Origin: Bacteroidota bacterium
Lineage (GTDB): Bacteria > Bacteroidota > Bacteroidia > UKL13-3
Direction: 5' to 3'
NCBI GenBank assembly: GCA_027484685.1
Contig: JAIXSO010000026.1
Location: forward strand, 18,406 to 82,405
Length of the DNA: 64,000 bases
This document shows positions 47,947 to 58,477 of this stretch, piece after piece. Numbering within the stretch: the stretch's first letter is position 1; each line of letters opens with the position of its first letter. Below the pieces are notes generated by a model. The model did not search any database. It saw only the letters and a list, made by a program, of their open reading frames with translations, and had not been told where the DNA came from. Made by a program: the position numbers and the translations under genes.

Positions 47947-50550
47947 TTATTTATTTTCGAATACAAATTGTTGACGGTCGTCTAGGCTAATAAGTATGTT
48001 TGAGTCTTTTTTAACTTTTCCTGCTAATATTTCTTTAGAAAGTTCGTTTAAAATTCTGCGTTGCATTACTCGTTTTAAAGGTCTTGCACCATATTGAGGG
48101 TCATAACCTAATTGGGCTAACCAATCTAAAGCTTCATCGGTAATATTTAGTTCAATTTGTTGGTGCAATAAAGTTCCTTTTAAGCTTTCAAACTGTAGGT
48201 TTACTATTTGTCTTACGTTTTCGCGGTTAAGCGGAGTAAACATAATAATATCGTCTATTCGGTTTAAAAACTCAGGACGAATTTGCCTGCGTAAAAGTTC
48301 CATTACATTGTTTTTAGCTTTGGCGGCTATGGCTTCTTTGTCTGCATCTATATCGTCCATTTGCTCAAAACTTTCTTGAATCAGGTGTGAGCCAATATTA
48401 GAAGTCATGATAACAATGGTATTTTTAAAATTAGCTGTTCTACCTTTGTTATCGGTTAAGCGGCCATCGTCCAACACTTGTAACAAAATATTAAATACAT
48501 CAGGATGTGCTTTTTCTATTTCATCTAATAACACAACTGAATACGGTCTTCTTCGAATGGCTTCGGTTAACTGTCCACTTTCTTCGTAACCTACATATCC
48601 TGGAGGCGCTCCAATTAAACGGCTTACCGTATGTTTTTCTTGGTATTCGCTCATGTCAATTCTTACCAAAGCACTTTCTTGGTTAAATAAAAACTCGGCT
48701 AAGGCTTTGGCTAATTCAGTTTTACCTACACCTGTAGTTCCTAAGAAAATAAATGAACCAATTGGTTTTTTAGGATCACTTAATCCAGCTCTACTTCTGC
48801 GTATGGAGTCACTAATAGCTGCAATGGCCTCTTCTTGTCCAACCACACGTTTGTGTAACTCTTCCTCTAAGTGCAATAATTTTTCACGTTCGCTTTGTAG
48901 CATCCTAGTAACCGGAATGCCTGTCCATCGAGCTACTACATCGGCTATATCGTCAGCAGTAACTTCTTCCTTTACCATTGGCGAATGGTTTTGAGCTTCG
49001 TCTAGTTTTGCTTTAAAAACATCCAAACGTTTTTCAGCTTCCTTAATTTTTCCGTAACGTATTTCTGCTACTTTAGCAAAATCGCCATTTCTTTCAAATT
49101 GGTCAGCTTGGTATTTTAAGTTTTCAATTTCTTTTTTGGTTGATTGAATACCTTCTACCACAACCTTTTCGCTTTGCCATTTGGCTTTTAGCTCGTTTCT
49201 ATCTTCTTGTAAATTGGCTATTTCTTCGGCCAATTTTTTTACTTTTTCATCATCGCCTTCGCGTTTAATAGCTTCTCTTTCAATTTCCAATTGCATAATT
49301 CTTCTATCCAATTGGTCTAATTCTTCAGGAACTGAATCTATTTCTAAGCGCAATTTTGCAGCAGCTTCGTCCATTAAATCAATGGCTTTATCTGGCAAAA
49401 ATCTGTCAGAAATATAACGTTGCGAAAGCTCCACCGCGGCTATAATTGCATCGTCTTTTATGCGCACTTTATGATGCACTTCGTAACGTTCTTTTAAACC
49501 ACGTAAAATAGAAATGGCATCTTCGGTATCAGGTTCTTCTACATATACTTTTTGAAAACGTCTTTCTAAAGCTTTGTCTTTTTCAATATAGCGTTGGTAT
49601 TCAGCTAACGTAGTTGCACCAATGCTGCGCAATTCGCCACGAGCCAAGGCAGGTTTTAAAATATTGGCAGCATCCATAGCACCTTCGCCTCCGCCTCCTG
49701 CGCCTACCAAGGTATGAATTTCATCTATAAATAAAATAATTTCACCATCGGCACTAATTACCTCCTTTACAACTGCTTTTAAACGCTCTTCAAACTCGCC
49801 TTTAAATTTTGCCCCAGCAATTAATGAACCCATATCTAATGAGTAGATCTTTTTTGTTTTTAAATTTTCGGGTACATCGCCATTCACTATTCTGTGCGCT
49901 AAGCCTTCGGCAATGGCAGTTTTACCTACACCAGGTTCGCCAATTAGCACAGGATTATTTTTGGTTCTGCGGCTTAAAATTTGTAAAACCCTGCGTATTT
50001 CTTCATCGCGACCAATTACAGGATCAAGCTTGCCTTTTTGTGCTAATTCGTTTAAGTTTTTAGCATATTTATTAAGCGAGTTGTATTGATTTTCGGCTGT
50101 TTGTGAGGTTACTTTTTGCCCACCACGCAATTCGTTAATGGCAGTTTTTAAGTCTTTTTCGGTTACACCAACATCTTTCAGCAAGGTTGCCACCGTGTTT
50201 TTTCCATCTAACAAAGCTAAAAAAATGTGTTCTACCGACACAAATTCATCGCCAAACTCCGTCAAATAACTTTGCGCTTTTAGTAAAGTTTGGTTACTAT
50301 CATTAGATAAGTATTGGCTTTGACCTTCTACCTTTGGGTAACTTTTTATAACAGCATCTAGGGTAGATTCAATTCTGCTTTGGTTAATGTTTAATTTTTT
50401 AAGTAAATAGGAGATAACATTTTCATCGGTTTGAATCAACGCTTTTAAAATATGCGCAGGTTCAATGGCTTGTTGACCATTTTTTAAAGCAATTTGAACT
50501 GCTTCCTGAACGGCTTCTTGCGATTTGATTGTGAAATTATTTAAATTCAT
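47947..50550 (-). CDS. clpB: ATP-dependent chaperone ClpB
   Basis: GKLDPVIGRDEEIRR, two Walker A motifs, middle coiled-coil domain, GARPLKR. Confidence 0.97.
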   Translation of the reverse strand: MNLNNFTIKSQEAVQEAVQIALKNGQQAIEPAHILKALIQTDENVISYLLKKLNINQSRIESTLDAVIKSYPKVEGQSQYLSNDSNQTLLKAQSYLTEFGDEFVSVEHIFLALLDGKNTVATLLKDVGVTEKDLKTAINELRGGQKVTSQTAENQYNSLNKYAKNLNELAQKGKLDPVIGRDEEIRRVLQILSRRTKNNPVLIGEPGVGKTAIAEGLAHRIVNGDVPENLKTKKIYSLDMGSLIAGAKFKGEFEERLKAVVKEVISADGEIILFIDEIHTLVGAGGGGEGAMDAANILKPALARGELRSIGATTLAEYQRYIEKDKALERRFQKVYVEEPDTEDAISILRGLKERYEVHHKVRIKDDAIIAAVELSQRYISDRFLPDKAIDLMDEAAAKLRLEIDSVPEELDQLDRRIMQLEIEREAIKREGDDEKVKKLAEEIANLQEDRNELKAKWQSEKVVVEGIQSTKKEIENLKYQADQFERNGDFAKVAEIRYGKIKEAEKRLDVFKAKLDEAQNHSPMVKEEVTADDIADVVARWTGIPVTRMLQSEREKLLHLEEELHKRVVGQEEAIAAISDSIRRSRAGLSDPKKPIGSFIFLGTTGVGKTELAKALAEFLFNQESALVRIDMSEYQEKHTVSRLIGAPPGYVGYEESGQLTEAIRRRPYSVVLLDEIEKAHPDVFNILLQVLDDGRLTDNKGRTANFKNTIVIMTSNIGSHLIQESFEQMDDIDADKEAIAAKAKNNVMELLRRQIRPEFLNRIDDIIMFTPLNRENVRQIVNLQFESLKGTLLHQQIELNITDEALDWLAQLGYDPQYGARPLKRVMQRRILNELSKEILAGKVKKDSNILISLDDRQQFVFENK

Positions 50551-50720
50551 GGTTAGTTTTTTCTATAAGTCGTCAAAATTTACTCCAACGGGAAAATAAA
50601 GTATTATTGACACACTTAATAAAAAAACAAGCATACTTGACTTAAATAATGGTTTTAGGAATACATTTTAGATTTCAAATTCAGCCAAAAAGTCTTTATT
50701 GATAAAGGTTTTGAAAGATT

Positions 50721-51620
50721 TTAAGGATTAAATTTATAGGTATAACCAAAATAAGGAATCAAAATAGGATAAAGTCCAAACAAATTGTAGTTTGCCCCTA
50801 TAAAGCCAAAATCATATTGATGTGATAATGTAGCAATGTTTAAGGTTGCTATAAATAAATCTTTTTGTAACCTGTCGCCCAAAAACCAATATTGGGTAGA
50901 AAAGCCTAATTTTTCATAAATTTTAGAATATAAATGAGTGGAGAAAATAGTCATTCTATTGGGGTTGGTATTTACTCCATAACCAAAAGAGATATAATTT
51001 TTTTGACTTCCTAATGTTATATCGCTATAAATAACACTTAAATTACCAAAATTGAAATCTCCAGAATAAGAAAGTTTTACAAAATAGTAACCCGCTCCTA
51101 AAGCTATATTGGGTAGTAAGTTAAATTTTATGCGTGGAGCAATAAAAAAGTTGGGCTTGCCTTCAAAAATATTTACGAGTTCTAATCCGCCATTAATTGA
51201 AATATTATTGGTAAATGCATATCCACCTGAATTAACAAAGATGAAGTTGTTTTTATAATAACCTTGGTTGGCAGATAAGTTTGTAGCAAGTCCAGTTGTG
51301 GTAAAATCTAATTTCTCTTTCTTTTTAATTCTTTCCGTTAATGAAATAGGTTCAATTTTATCGAAAATTGGTGGGTAAACTATTTTCTCTATTTTGCTTT
51401 TACTAATTTTAGTAGGCTGCTTATAGTTATTAGCAAAAAATGTAATGGTGCTATCATTTTGAAATAGAATGGTTCCTTTTAGCACAAAACCAGTTTTAAA
51501 AGTAATGGTTACATTTTTGTAAATAGTTGAATCGACATTGTTAATATTATTTTGAGCAAACAAATGTACACTCATAAAATGGAGTATTAGCAATATAGTT
51601 AATTTAAACACCTGCTTCAT
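50721..51620 (-). CDS. Hypothetical exported / outer-membrane beta-barrel protein
   Basis: Signal peptide; small N-terminal domain; terminal PYFGYTYKF strand. Confidence 0.6.
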   Translation of the reverse strand: MKQVFKLTILLILHFMSVHLFAQNNINNVDSTIYKNVTITFKTGFVLKGTILFQNDSTITFFANNYKQPTKISKSKIEKIVYPPIFDKIEPISLTERIKKKEKLDFTTTGLATNLSANQGYYKNNFIFVNSGGYAFTNNISINGGLELVNIFEGKPNFFIAPRIKFNLLPNIALGAGYYFVKLSYSGDFNFGNLSVIYSDITLGSQKNYISFGYGVNTNPNRMTIFSTHLYSKIYEKLGFSTQYWFLGDRLQKDLFIATLNIATLSHQYDFGFIGANYNLFGLYPILIPYFGYTYKFNP

Positions 51621-51667
51621 GAGGTGGTAAATTAAAAGAAAATATGGTTTTGCGCGTTTATTTTAGT

Positions 51668-52273
51668 TTACCTAAAATTTCCTAAACAAATTTTGAATGC
51701 AAAATTATTGGTTGATAATGTTTTACCTAAGTCAGAAAAAGTATTGTTGTTTATTAAAACAATTCCAAAACCGCCCCACGAGTTATGTATAATTACATCT
51801 AATTGGGGAGTTAATGAAACACCAGAAAAAGGAGTTTCAATATAATCAATATTACCTATACTGATGTTAAACCAACCAGAACGACTAGAGGTGCTGGGAG
51901 CCAGTTTATCAGTTCTATACATTCCAAAAGTTTGCCCAAAACCAATTGATGGTATAATTTTTAGGTGATTACTTTTTATAGGAATTTTATAACCATAACT
52001 TATTTTAGTAGTATTACTCTGTTGTACCTTATTTGGAGTTTCATCAGCAAAAATAATTCCACCTTCTTCCAACTCTCCATATTGGTATATTTCGAAACCT
52101 AAAATATGATTGGATGCAACTTGATAATTTATGCCATACACATATTTTGTTTGCCATAAAAGTTTGGTAAAACCCACGCTGCCCCAATAAATAGGTTTTT
52201 GAGTTACAGTTTGACTAAATAGATTTAAATAACAATTGCACAGCAAAAAAGGTATTAGCATGGTTTTTTTCAT
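51668..52273 (-). CDS. Hypothetical exported beta-rich protein
   Basis: Signal peptide; amphipathic strands. Confidence 0.55.
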   Translation of the reverse strand: MKKTMLIPFLLCNCYLNLFSQTVTQKPIYWGSVGFTKLLWQTKYVYGINYQVASNHILGFEIYQYGELEEGGIIFADETPNKVQQSNTTKISYGYKIPIKSNHLKIIPSIGFGQTFGMYRTDKLAPSTSSRSGWFNISIGNIDYIETPFSGVSLTPQLDVIIHNSWGGFGIVLINNNTFSDLGKTLSTNNFAFKICLGNFR

Positions 52274-52300
52274 GGTGCTAGCATTTAATTTTAATAAAAA

Positions 52301-53410
52301 CTATAATTTTGAATTATAACCAAACGATACACCAATCCTAAAGCCATCGCTATTTGGAATAGTAGCCCAAGCATTAATTGGAATATTTAACCGGCCGCTT
52401 TTAATGGTTTTGCCAAATGCTACTACCATAGCTCCAGTTAGTTTTAAATCTCCTCTGCTATCTAATCTTTCTTCAAGTTTATAGCCAGTTATATTCATAG
52501 CGTCTAAATCTTTTTTGCTGTAAAATTTCCCATTAAAATCGGCCCCTTCCATTTTACTAACAATTCCTGCAGTTGGGCCAAAAGCTATTTCCCAACCATT
52601 TTTATTATTTCTAAAACCATTTAAAAAGGTTAGGCTTGGAATAATTAATTGTTGGTCTACACCAGTAATCATTGGTAAAAATTCAAATAAAGCTTGGTAA
52701 TTACCTTCATTTAAATATTGTTTTTCAAACTGATATCCAAATTGAAACATGGCAGGGCTTGCGTTATAGCCACCATTTTCTTTGCTTTTTTTCAATACTT
52801 CGTTTTCTTTTCCTACCAAGTAAGTATAGCCAAAACGAGGTCCTTCAAGGTTAATTCTATTTTTATTTGGATTGTTTAGGGTGTTTTCATAATCAAAACG
52901 TTTGGTTAGTTTGGCTACCACCTCTTCATTATTGGTTAGTCCAAACATTTTTCTTGCAGTAATTTTTATCATCGATTGAACTTCGTTGGGCAAGTTATTA
53001 AACTCTTCAATGGTTGTTTTCTCAATGCTTTGTTTTTGAATATTGATAAGCCTTAAAGTTAACAATATATTTTGGTTAATAAGCTCTACACTTCCAGTTA
53101 TCATGTAATCGGTTTGAATAACTTTTGCTACCTCAAGCAAACACATTTTTCCATAACAATTATTTACATTGAGTTTATTTTTTTCAATTAAATAATTTAC
53201 ATCGTAGCGATCGGTGACGTCAAAAGTATCTAGTTTTTCAATTTCTGTTCTTAGTATATTTCCCAGTTGCTGCGCATCTGTTTCAAGCCCTTTGCTATCT
53301 ATATTTAATATGGTAACTGTTGGCTTAATTTTTTGTGCATTTGCTATCATTACATTGCCAATTAATAAAAATAGAAGTGCTAATTTGTTTAAGTTAATAA
53401 AGTGTTTCAT
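52301..53410 (-). CDS. Exported protein: CsgG/TolB-N-like domain plus C-terminal beta-barrel-like region
   Basis: CYGKMCLLEVAK, ITGSVE...LTLRLINI; ends RIGVSFGYN. Confidence 0.55.
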   Translation of the reverse strand: MKHFINLNKLALLFLLIGNVMIANAQKIKPTVTILNIDSKGLETDAQQLGNILRTEIEKLDTFDVTDRYDVNYLIEKNKLNVNNCYGKMCLLEVAKVIQTDYMITGSVELINQNILLTLRLINIQKQSIEKTTIEEFNNLPNEVQSMIKITARKMFGLTNNEEVVAKLTKRFDYENTLNNPNKNRINLEGPRFGYTYLVGKENEVLKKSKENGGYNASPAMFQFGYQFEKQYLNEGNYQALFEFLPMITGVDQQLIIPSLTFLNGFRNNKNGWEIAFGPTAGIVSKMEGADFNGKFYSKKDLDAMNITGYKLEERLDSRGDLKLTGAMVVAFGKTIKSGRLNIPINAWATIPNSDGFRIGVSFGYNSKL

Positions 53411-53576
53411 AATAGTTTTTGTGTTAATTTATGGTACAAAACACTTATTATTTTCATTTTAAAAATAATTGATAACTTGGGCTTAAAATGAAATTGGAAG
53501 TATAAAATCCTAAAATTTAGATTTTAGCGGGTTTTTGCACATTTTTTAGTAAATTCTGCAATAAAAAATTTAAGTA

Positions 53577-53593
53577 TTTGCATATTTTGCAAA
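53577..53593. promoter_or_regulatory. Candidate operator TTTGCA-N5-TGCAAA
   Basis: Perfect inverted repeat immediately upstream of the HTH gene. Confidence 0.35.
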
Positions 53594-53599
53594 AAAATA

Positions 53600-54631
53600 A
53601 TGGCTAAAAATGCTGTTTTAACTAAAAAAATAATGGGTAAAGAAGGAACTAATTCAATTCAAGAACAATTTATAAGCAAACTAAAAACGGCTATTCCTGC
53701 AAACGAAAATTTGGTTCAAAGCATTGCCGATACTTTAAACCTTAGCTTAGATAGCGCTTACAGACGTATTAGATGCGAAAAATTGTTCGATATTGACGAA
53801 GTAGCTATTTTATGCAAAACCTATAAAGTTAGGTTTGATGATGAGGTAAATACACTAGCCAATGGAGCAAACTTTAATTTTAACTTATTAGAAAACAGTA
53901 AAGAAAAATTTAGACAATGGTTACAAAGCATTTTAGAAAACTTAAAACAAATTAGTTCACGCCCAGAAAATACCATTATTTACTCAGCCGATGATGTTCC
54001 AATTTGGCACCACTTTAACGATGATTATTTAATTAAATTCAAAATATTTTATTGGCTAAAAACCATTTTGGCTGACCCTGATTTTGTGGATAAAACATTT
54101 GATGAAAAGTTAATTCCTAACGATTTGGTGCAAATGGCTAAAGATGTGGCTCATTATTATAATCAAACTACATCTATCGAAATTTGGACTGAAGACACTT
54201 TTAATTCTACTCTTAAACAAGTAGAATATTTTTGGGGCAGTGGATTTTTTAAAACCAAAGAAGATGCAGTTAAAGTATGTAACTCCATTTACCATGAATT
54301 AAATATTTTGCAAAGAATGTGTGCCAGTAGTAGTAAATCAGAAAATGGAAAACCTAATTTTACCATGTACCATAGCGAGGTAATGGTGGGAAATAATAGT
54401 ATTGTGGCTACCATTGGTCAAACCAAAATTTCGTATGTAAGTTATAATACATTTAATATGATGACTACCACAAACGATAAGTTTGTTAACGAAGCAGAGC
54501 AATGGCTTAAAAATTTAATCAAAAAGTCAATATTAATAAGTGGAGTAGGAGAGAAGCAGCGTAATCAATTTTTTAGAAAATTAACCCAACGCCTCGATAA
54601 ATTAAAGCAAGAAATAGAAGCTGAAATGTAA
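53600..54631 (+). CDS. HTH transcriptional regulator with C-terminal putative sensor domain
   Basis: IADTLNLSLDSAYRRIR HTH; S.LIS..GEK.RN.FF C-terminal motif. Confidence 0.7.
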   Translation: MAKNAVLTKKIMGKEGTNSIQEQFISKLKTAIPANENLVQSIADTLNLSLDSAYRRIRCEKLFDIDEVAILCKTYKVRFDDEVNTLANGANFNFNLLENSKEKFRQWLQSILENLKQISSRPENTIIYSADDVPIWHHFNDDYLIKFKIFYWLKTILADPDFVDKTFDEKLIPNDLVQMAKDVAHYYNQTTSIEIWTEDTFNSTLKQVEYFWGSGFFKTKEDAVKVCNSIYHELNILQRMCASSSKSENGKPNFTMYHSEVMVGNNSIVATIGQTKISYVSYNTFNMMTTTNDKFVNEAEQWLKNLIKKSILISGVGEKQRNQFFRKLTQRLDKLKQEIEAEM

Positions 54632-54757
54632 ATCTGAAACCTATTACATACATTTAAAATACATTTATGCATCAGAATTATACAGTTTTACATAATTGGG
54701 ATAAAAAAAATTTAATAATTACTTGACATTGCAAGCATAAAGACTAATTTCGTTAAT

Positions 54758-55657
54758 ATGAATTTGAGTAGTTCGATAGTACAATATTTGCAGTATGTGG
54801 AGTTCGAAAAAAAACAAGCCAAACATACACTTACAAACTATCGTGTTGATTTAACTCAATTCGAAAATTACATAACTCAAATTTATCAAATAACGCAAAT
54901 TGAACAAATAAACCATTATCACATAAAAAGTTGGTTGGTTCATCAAATAAACGAAGGTTTAAAAAATCGTTCAGTAGCCAGAAAAATATCAACTTTAAAG
55001 TCGTTTTACAATTTTTTATTGCGTGAGCAATTGGTTACTATTAATCCGCTTAATAAAGTGCAAGCACCAAAAGTTGAAAAGCGCTTACCTGAGTTTGTGG
55101 AGCAAAATGCCATGGAAAATTTATTTGATGGCAATTTAACTGAAAAGCATTTTGAAAATACTTTTGAAGGTTTAAGGGATAAATTAATGGTTAATTTGTT
55201 TTATGCTACAGGTATTCGTTTGTCTGAGTTGCAAAATATTGAAAATCATAGCGTTGATTTTTATAAAAAACAAATAAAAGTTCTAGGAAAAAGAAATAAA
55301 GAACGCATTATACCCATAACTGACGAAGTAATTGAATTAATAAAACAATACAATAATCAAAAATCAGAAAATGGTTTTGCAAGCAATTATTTGTTGTTAA
55401 CAAATAAAGGCGAGCATTTGTACGCTAAATTAATTTACAATACAGTAAAAAAATATTTAAGTAAAGTAACTACCTTGTCTAAAAGAAGTCCGCATGTATT
55501 AAGGCATACCTATGCTACTCACTTATTAAACCAAGGTGCCGATTTAAACGCAATAAAAGAACTATTAGGCCACTCAAGTTTAGCGGCCACTCAAGTTTAT
55601 ACCCATAATAGTATCCAACAATTAAAAGAAGTGTATAAAAAACACCCTAGAAAATAG
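54758..55657 (+). CDS. xerC: Tyrosine recombinase XerC
   Basis: YATGIRLSEL, GKRNKER, HVLRHTYATH, LLGH, TQVY; housekeeping context. Confidence 0.85.
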   Translation: MNLSSSIVQYLQYVEFEKKQAKHTLTNYRVDLTQFENYITQIYQITQIEQINHYHIKSWLVHQINEGLKNRSVARKISTLKSFYNFLLREQLVTINPLNKVQAPKVEKRLPEFVEQNAMENLFDGNLTEKHFENTFEGLRDKLMVNLFYATGIRLSELQNIENHSVDFYKKQIKVLGKRNKERIIPITDEVIELIKQYNNQKSENGFASNYLLLTNKGEHLYAKLIYNTVKKYLSKVTTLSKRSPHVLRHTYATHLLNQGADLNAIKELLGHSSLAATQVYTHNSIQQLKEVYKKHPRK

Positions 55658-55695
55658 ATAAAATAAATTGTAACAATTAAAAAACAATCTAAATT

Positions 55696-55998
55696 ATGAA
55701 AGTTAACATTCAATCAATCCACTTTGACGCAGACATTAAACTACTTGATTTTATTACCAAAAAAGTAGAAAAAGCCAAAACTTTTTACGAGGGTATAGAT
55801 AATGCAATGGTATATTTAAGGTTAGAAAAAGACGCACATGGCGAAAACAAAGTAGTGGAGGTAAAATTAAATATGGCCGGTCATGAAGTATTTGCAAAAG
55901 AACACAGCAGCACTTTTGAGTCGGCAGTTGATTTGGTAATAGATAAAATAAAAGCGCAAGTTAAAAAGCATAAAGAAAAACTTCAAGATAAAGTATAA
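55696..55998 (+). CDS. raiA: Ribosome hibernation factor HPF/RaiA
   Basis: IQSIHFDAD, FESAVD...QVKKHKEK. Confidence 0.9.
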   Translation: MKVNIQSIHFDADIKLLDFITKKVEKAKTFYEGIDNAMVYLRLEKDAHGENKVVEVKLNMAGHEVFAKEHSSTFESAVDLVIDKIKAQVKKHKEKLQDKV

Positions 55999-56025
55999 GA
56001 TAATAAGCTAGATAGAAAAAAAAAT

Positions 56026-56056
56026 GAAACCAGCACCTAAAAATGCTGGTTTTTTT
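56026..56056 (+). terminator. Intrinsic terminator after raiA
   Basis: aaaccagca...tgctggttt followed by T-tract. Confidence 0.7.
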
Positions 56057-56170
56057 ATATAATAAATATATCTTGCGCTCGCAAAAAAAAAGGAAAAAGA
56101 ACTATTGAAAAACAAATTAGCTTGTAATTCAATACTTGCTGAGAAAAAATAAAAATAATTTTAAAAATAA

Positions 56171-56201
56171 TTTGCATTTCTCATTAATACCACTACTTTT
56201 G
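56171..56201 (+). promoter_or_regulatory. Bacteroidota -33/-7 promoter of the tRNA-tuf operon
   Basis: TTTG-N19-TACTTTTG consensus match. Confidence 0.7.
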
Positions 56202-56291
56202 CAGTCCGAAAAATTTAAGTCGGAGTTCTAAAATTATAAGTAATATTTGTATCAAAAAGTAAAATAAACCATTGTTTTATTTAAAGTATAA

Positions 56292-56364
56292 GCCACTTTA
56301 GCTCAGCTGGTAGAGCAACTGATTTGTAATCAGTAGGTCGCTGGTTCGATTCCGGCAAGTGGCT
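56292..56364 (+). tRNA. tRNA-Thr(TGT)
   Basis: Cloverleaf; actga-tttgtaa-tcagt anticodon arm; CCA follows. Confidence 0.95.
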
Positions 56365-56393
56365 CCATTGTTATTGTAGCAATACAGTAATAA

Positions 56394-56474
56394 GGGGAGA
56401 TACCAGAGCGGCCAAATGGGACGGACTGTAAATCCGTTGAGAAATCTACGAAGGTTCGAATCCTTCTCTCCCCA
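56394..56474 (+). tRNA. tRNA-Tyr(GTA)
   Basis: GGGGAGA/TCTCCCC acceptor stem, ctgtaaa loop, long variable arm. Confidence 0.95.
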
Positions 56475-56486
56475 CAAATATTACAA

Positions 56487-56559
56487 GCGAGAGTAGCTCA
56501 GTTGGTAGAGCGACAGCCTTCCAAGCTGTAGGTCGCGGGTTCGAGCCTCGTCTCTCGCT
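56487..56559 (+). tRNA. tRNA-Gly(TCC)
   Basis: GCGAGAG/CTCTCGC stem, cttccaa loop. Confidence 0.95.
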
Positions 56560-56756
56560 CAGAATAAAAAAATTGTTTTGCCGAATGATATCGATAAGTA
56601 AAACAATTTTTTTTCATTTATTGGCAGTTATAAATGCTGTAAATGTAAAATTGTTAAAGTAGCTGTTAAAGTTATTTTATATGTTAAATAGAGAGTTAAA
56701 ATGAGTTTGACCGAAAGGTTAAATAAATATAGAACTACAACATAATAACAAAACAA

Positions 56757-56828
<72 letters not shown>

Positions 56829-56897
56829 CAAAAAAATAATAGCTCCCTAGGGGGCTTTTGGTGTATTTAAAAACAATAAAAATTAATAAATAAAAAA

Positions 56898-58085
56898 ATG
56901 GCTAAAGAAAAATTTGACCGCAGTAAACCCCATGTAAATATTGGAACTATTGGTCACGTAGATCACGGTAAAACAACATTAACTGCAGCAATTACAAAAG
57001 TATTATCTGATGCAGGTTTATCAGAAGCTCGCTCTTTCGATTCAATCGATTCAGCTCCAGAAGAAAAAGAACGTGGTATTACAATTAATACCGCTCACGT
57101 TGAATATTCAACAGCTAACCGTCACTACGCTCACGTAGATTGTCCAGGTCACGCGGATTATGTTAAGAACATGGTTACGGGTGCTGCTCAAATGGATGGT
57201 GCTATCCTTGTGGTTGCATCAACTGATGGTCCTATGCCTCAAACTCGTGAGCACATTTTATTAGCTCGTCAGGTAGGTGTGCCTCGTATCGTTGTATTCA
57301 TGAATAAAGTGGATATGGTTGATGATGCTGAATTATTAGAAATCGTTGAAATGGAAATCCGTGATTTGTTAGATAAGTACGAATTCCCAGGCCAAGAAAT
57401 TCCAGTTATCCAAGGTTCTGCATTAGGTGGTTTAAATGGTGACGCTAAATGGGTTGCTAAAATCATGGAATTAATGGATGCTGTTGATTCATATATTCCA
57501 GTTCCTCCACGTTTAACTGAATTACCTTTCTTAATGCCAGTTGAAGACGTATTCTCAATTACAGGTCGTGGTACAGTTGCTACAGGTCGTATTGAGCGTG
57601 GTATCATTAACTCAAGTGAAGGTGTTGAAATTATCGGTTTAGGTGCTGAAAAATTAACTTCAACTGTTACAGGTGTTGAAATGTTCCGTAAAATATTAGA
57701 TAGAGGTGAAGCTGGTGATAACGTAGGTTTATTATTACGTGGTGTTGAAAAAGAAGCTATCCGTAGAGGTATGGTTATTTGCAAGCCAGGTTCAGTAACT
57801 CCACACACTGAGTTCAAAGCTGAAATTTACGTATTATCAAAAGACGAAGGTGGACGTCACACTCCATTCTTTAACAAATACCGTCCTCAATTCTACTTCC
57901 GTACAACAGACGTTACAGGTGAAGTAGTATTACCAGAAGGAACTGAAATGATTATGCCAGGCGATAATGTTACTATCACTGTAAAATTAATCAATCCAAT
58001 TGCTATGGAGAAAAATTTACGTTTCGCTATCCGTGAAGGTGGTAGAACAGTAGGTGCTGGTCAGGTAACTGAAATTTTAAAATAA
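56898..58085 (+). CDS. tuf: Elongation factor Tu
   Basis: [21 protein letters not shown]. Confidence 0.99.
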   Translation: MAKEKFDRSKPHVNIGTIGHVDHGKTTLTAAITKVLSDAGLSEARSFDSIDSAPEEKERGITINTAHVEYSTANRHYAHVDCPGHADYVKNMVTGAAQMDGAILVVASTDGPMPQTREHILLARQVGVPRIVVFMNKVDMVDDAELLEIVEMEIRDLLDKYEFPGQEIPVIQGSALGGLNGDAKWVAKIMELMDAVDSYIPVPPRLTELPFLMPVEDVFSITGRGTVATGRIERGIINSSEGVEIIGLGAEKLTSTVTGVEMFRKILDRGEAGDNVGLLLRGVEKEAIRRGMVICKPGSVTPHTEFKAEIYVLSKDEGGRHTPFFNKYRPQFYFRTTDVTGEVVLPEGTEMIMPGDNVTITVKLINPIAMEKNLRFAIREGGRTVGAGQVTEILK

Positions 58086-58151
58086 TTTAAAATACCAAAT
58101 AGATACTAAATGTTGGTTAAGGCAACTTAGCCAACATTTAGTGTCTAAAAT

Positions 58152-58222
58152 AGGAGTGTAGTTCAAGGGTAGAATGTCGGTCTCCAAAACCGCTGATGGG
58201 AGTTCGAATCTCTCCACTCCTG
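58152..58222 (+). tRNA. tRNA-Trp(CCA)
   Basis: AGGAGTG/CACTCCT stem, ctccaaa loop. Confidence 0.95.
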
Positions 58223-58269
58223 CCAAAAAATAAGAGTGTAACAAGCTAACTTGTAAAACACATCAAACT

Positions 58270-58464
58270 ATGAATAAAATTAAAGAATACGTAAAATTAT
58301 CATACGATGAATTAATGAATAAGGTAACTTGGCCTACTTGGGGCGAGTTGCAAGAAAGTACTATCATAGTTATGATTGCTGCCTTATTAATTGCATTTAT
58401 AATATTCATTATGGATTTAATTAGCAATGGTGGGTTAGGATTTTTTTACCAAATATTTAAGTAA
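58270..58464 (+). CDS. secE: Preprotein translocase SecE
   Basis: EL..KVTWP motif, one TM. Confidence 0.95.
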   Translation: MNKIKEYVKLSYDELMNKVTWPTWGELQESTIIVMIAALLIAFIIFIMDLISNGGLGFFYQIFK

Positions 58465-58477
58465 TTAAATCGAGAAA

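Noticed and set aside
50560-50615. Sigma54-like or heat-shock motif upstream of clpB (TTGGAGTAAATTTTGA on the minus strand)
   Set aside because: Too weak a match to support from a single instance.
54758-55657. Tyrosine recombinase as the island integrase
   Set aside because: Housekeeping XerC in its usual hpf/tRNA/tuf context, about 7 kb outside the island and beyond clpB.
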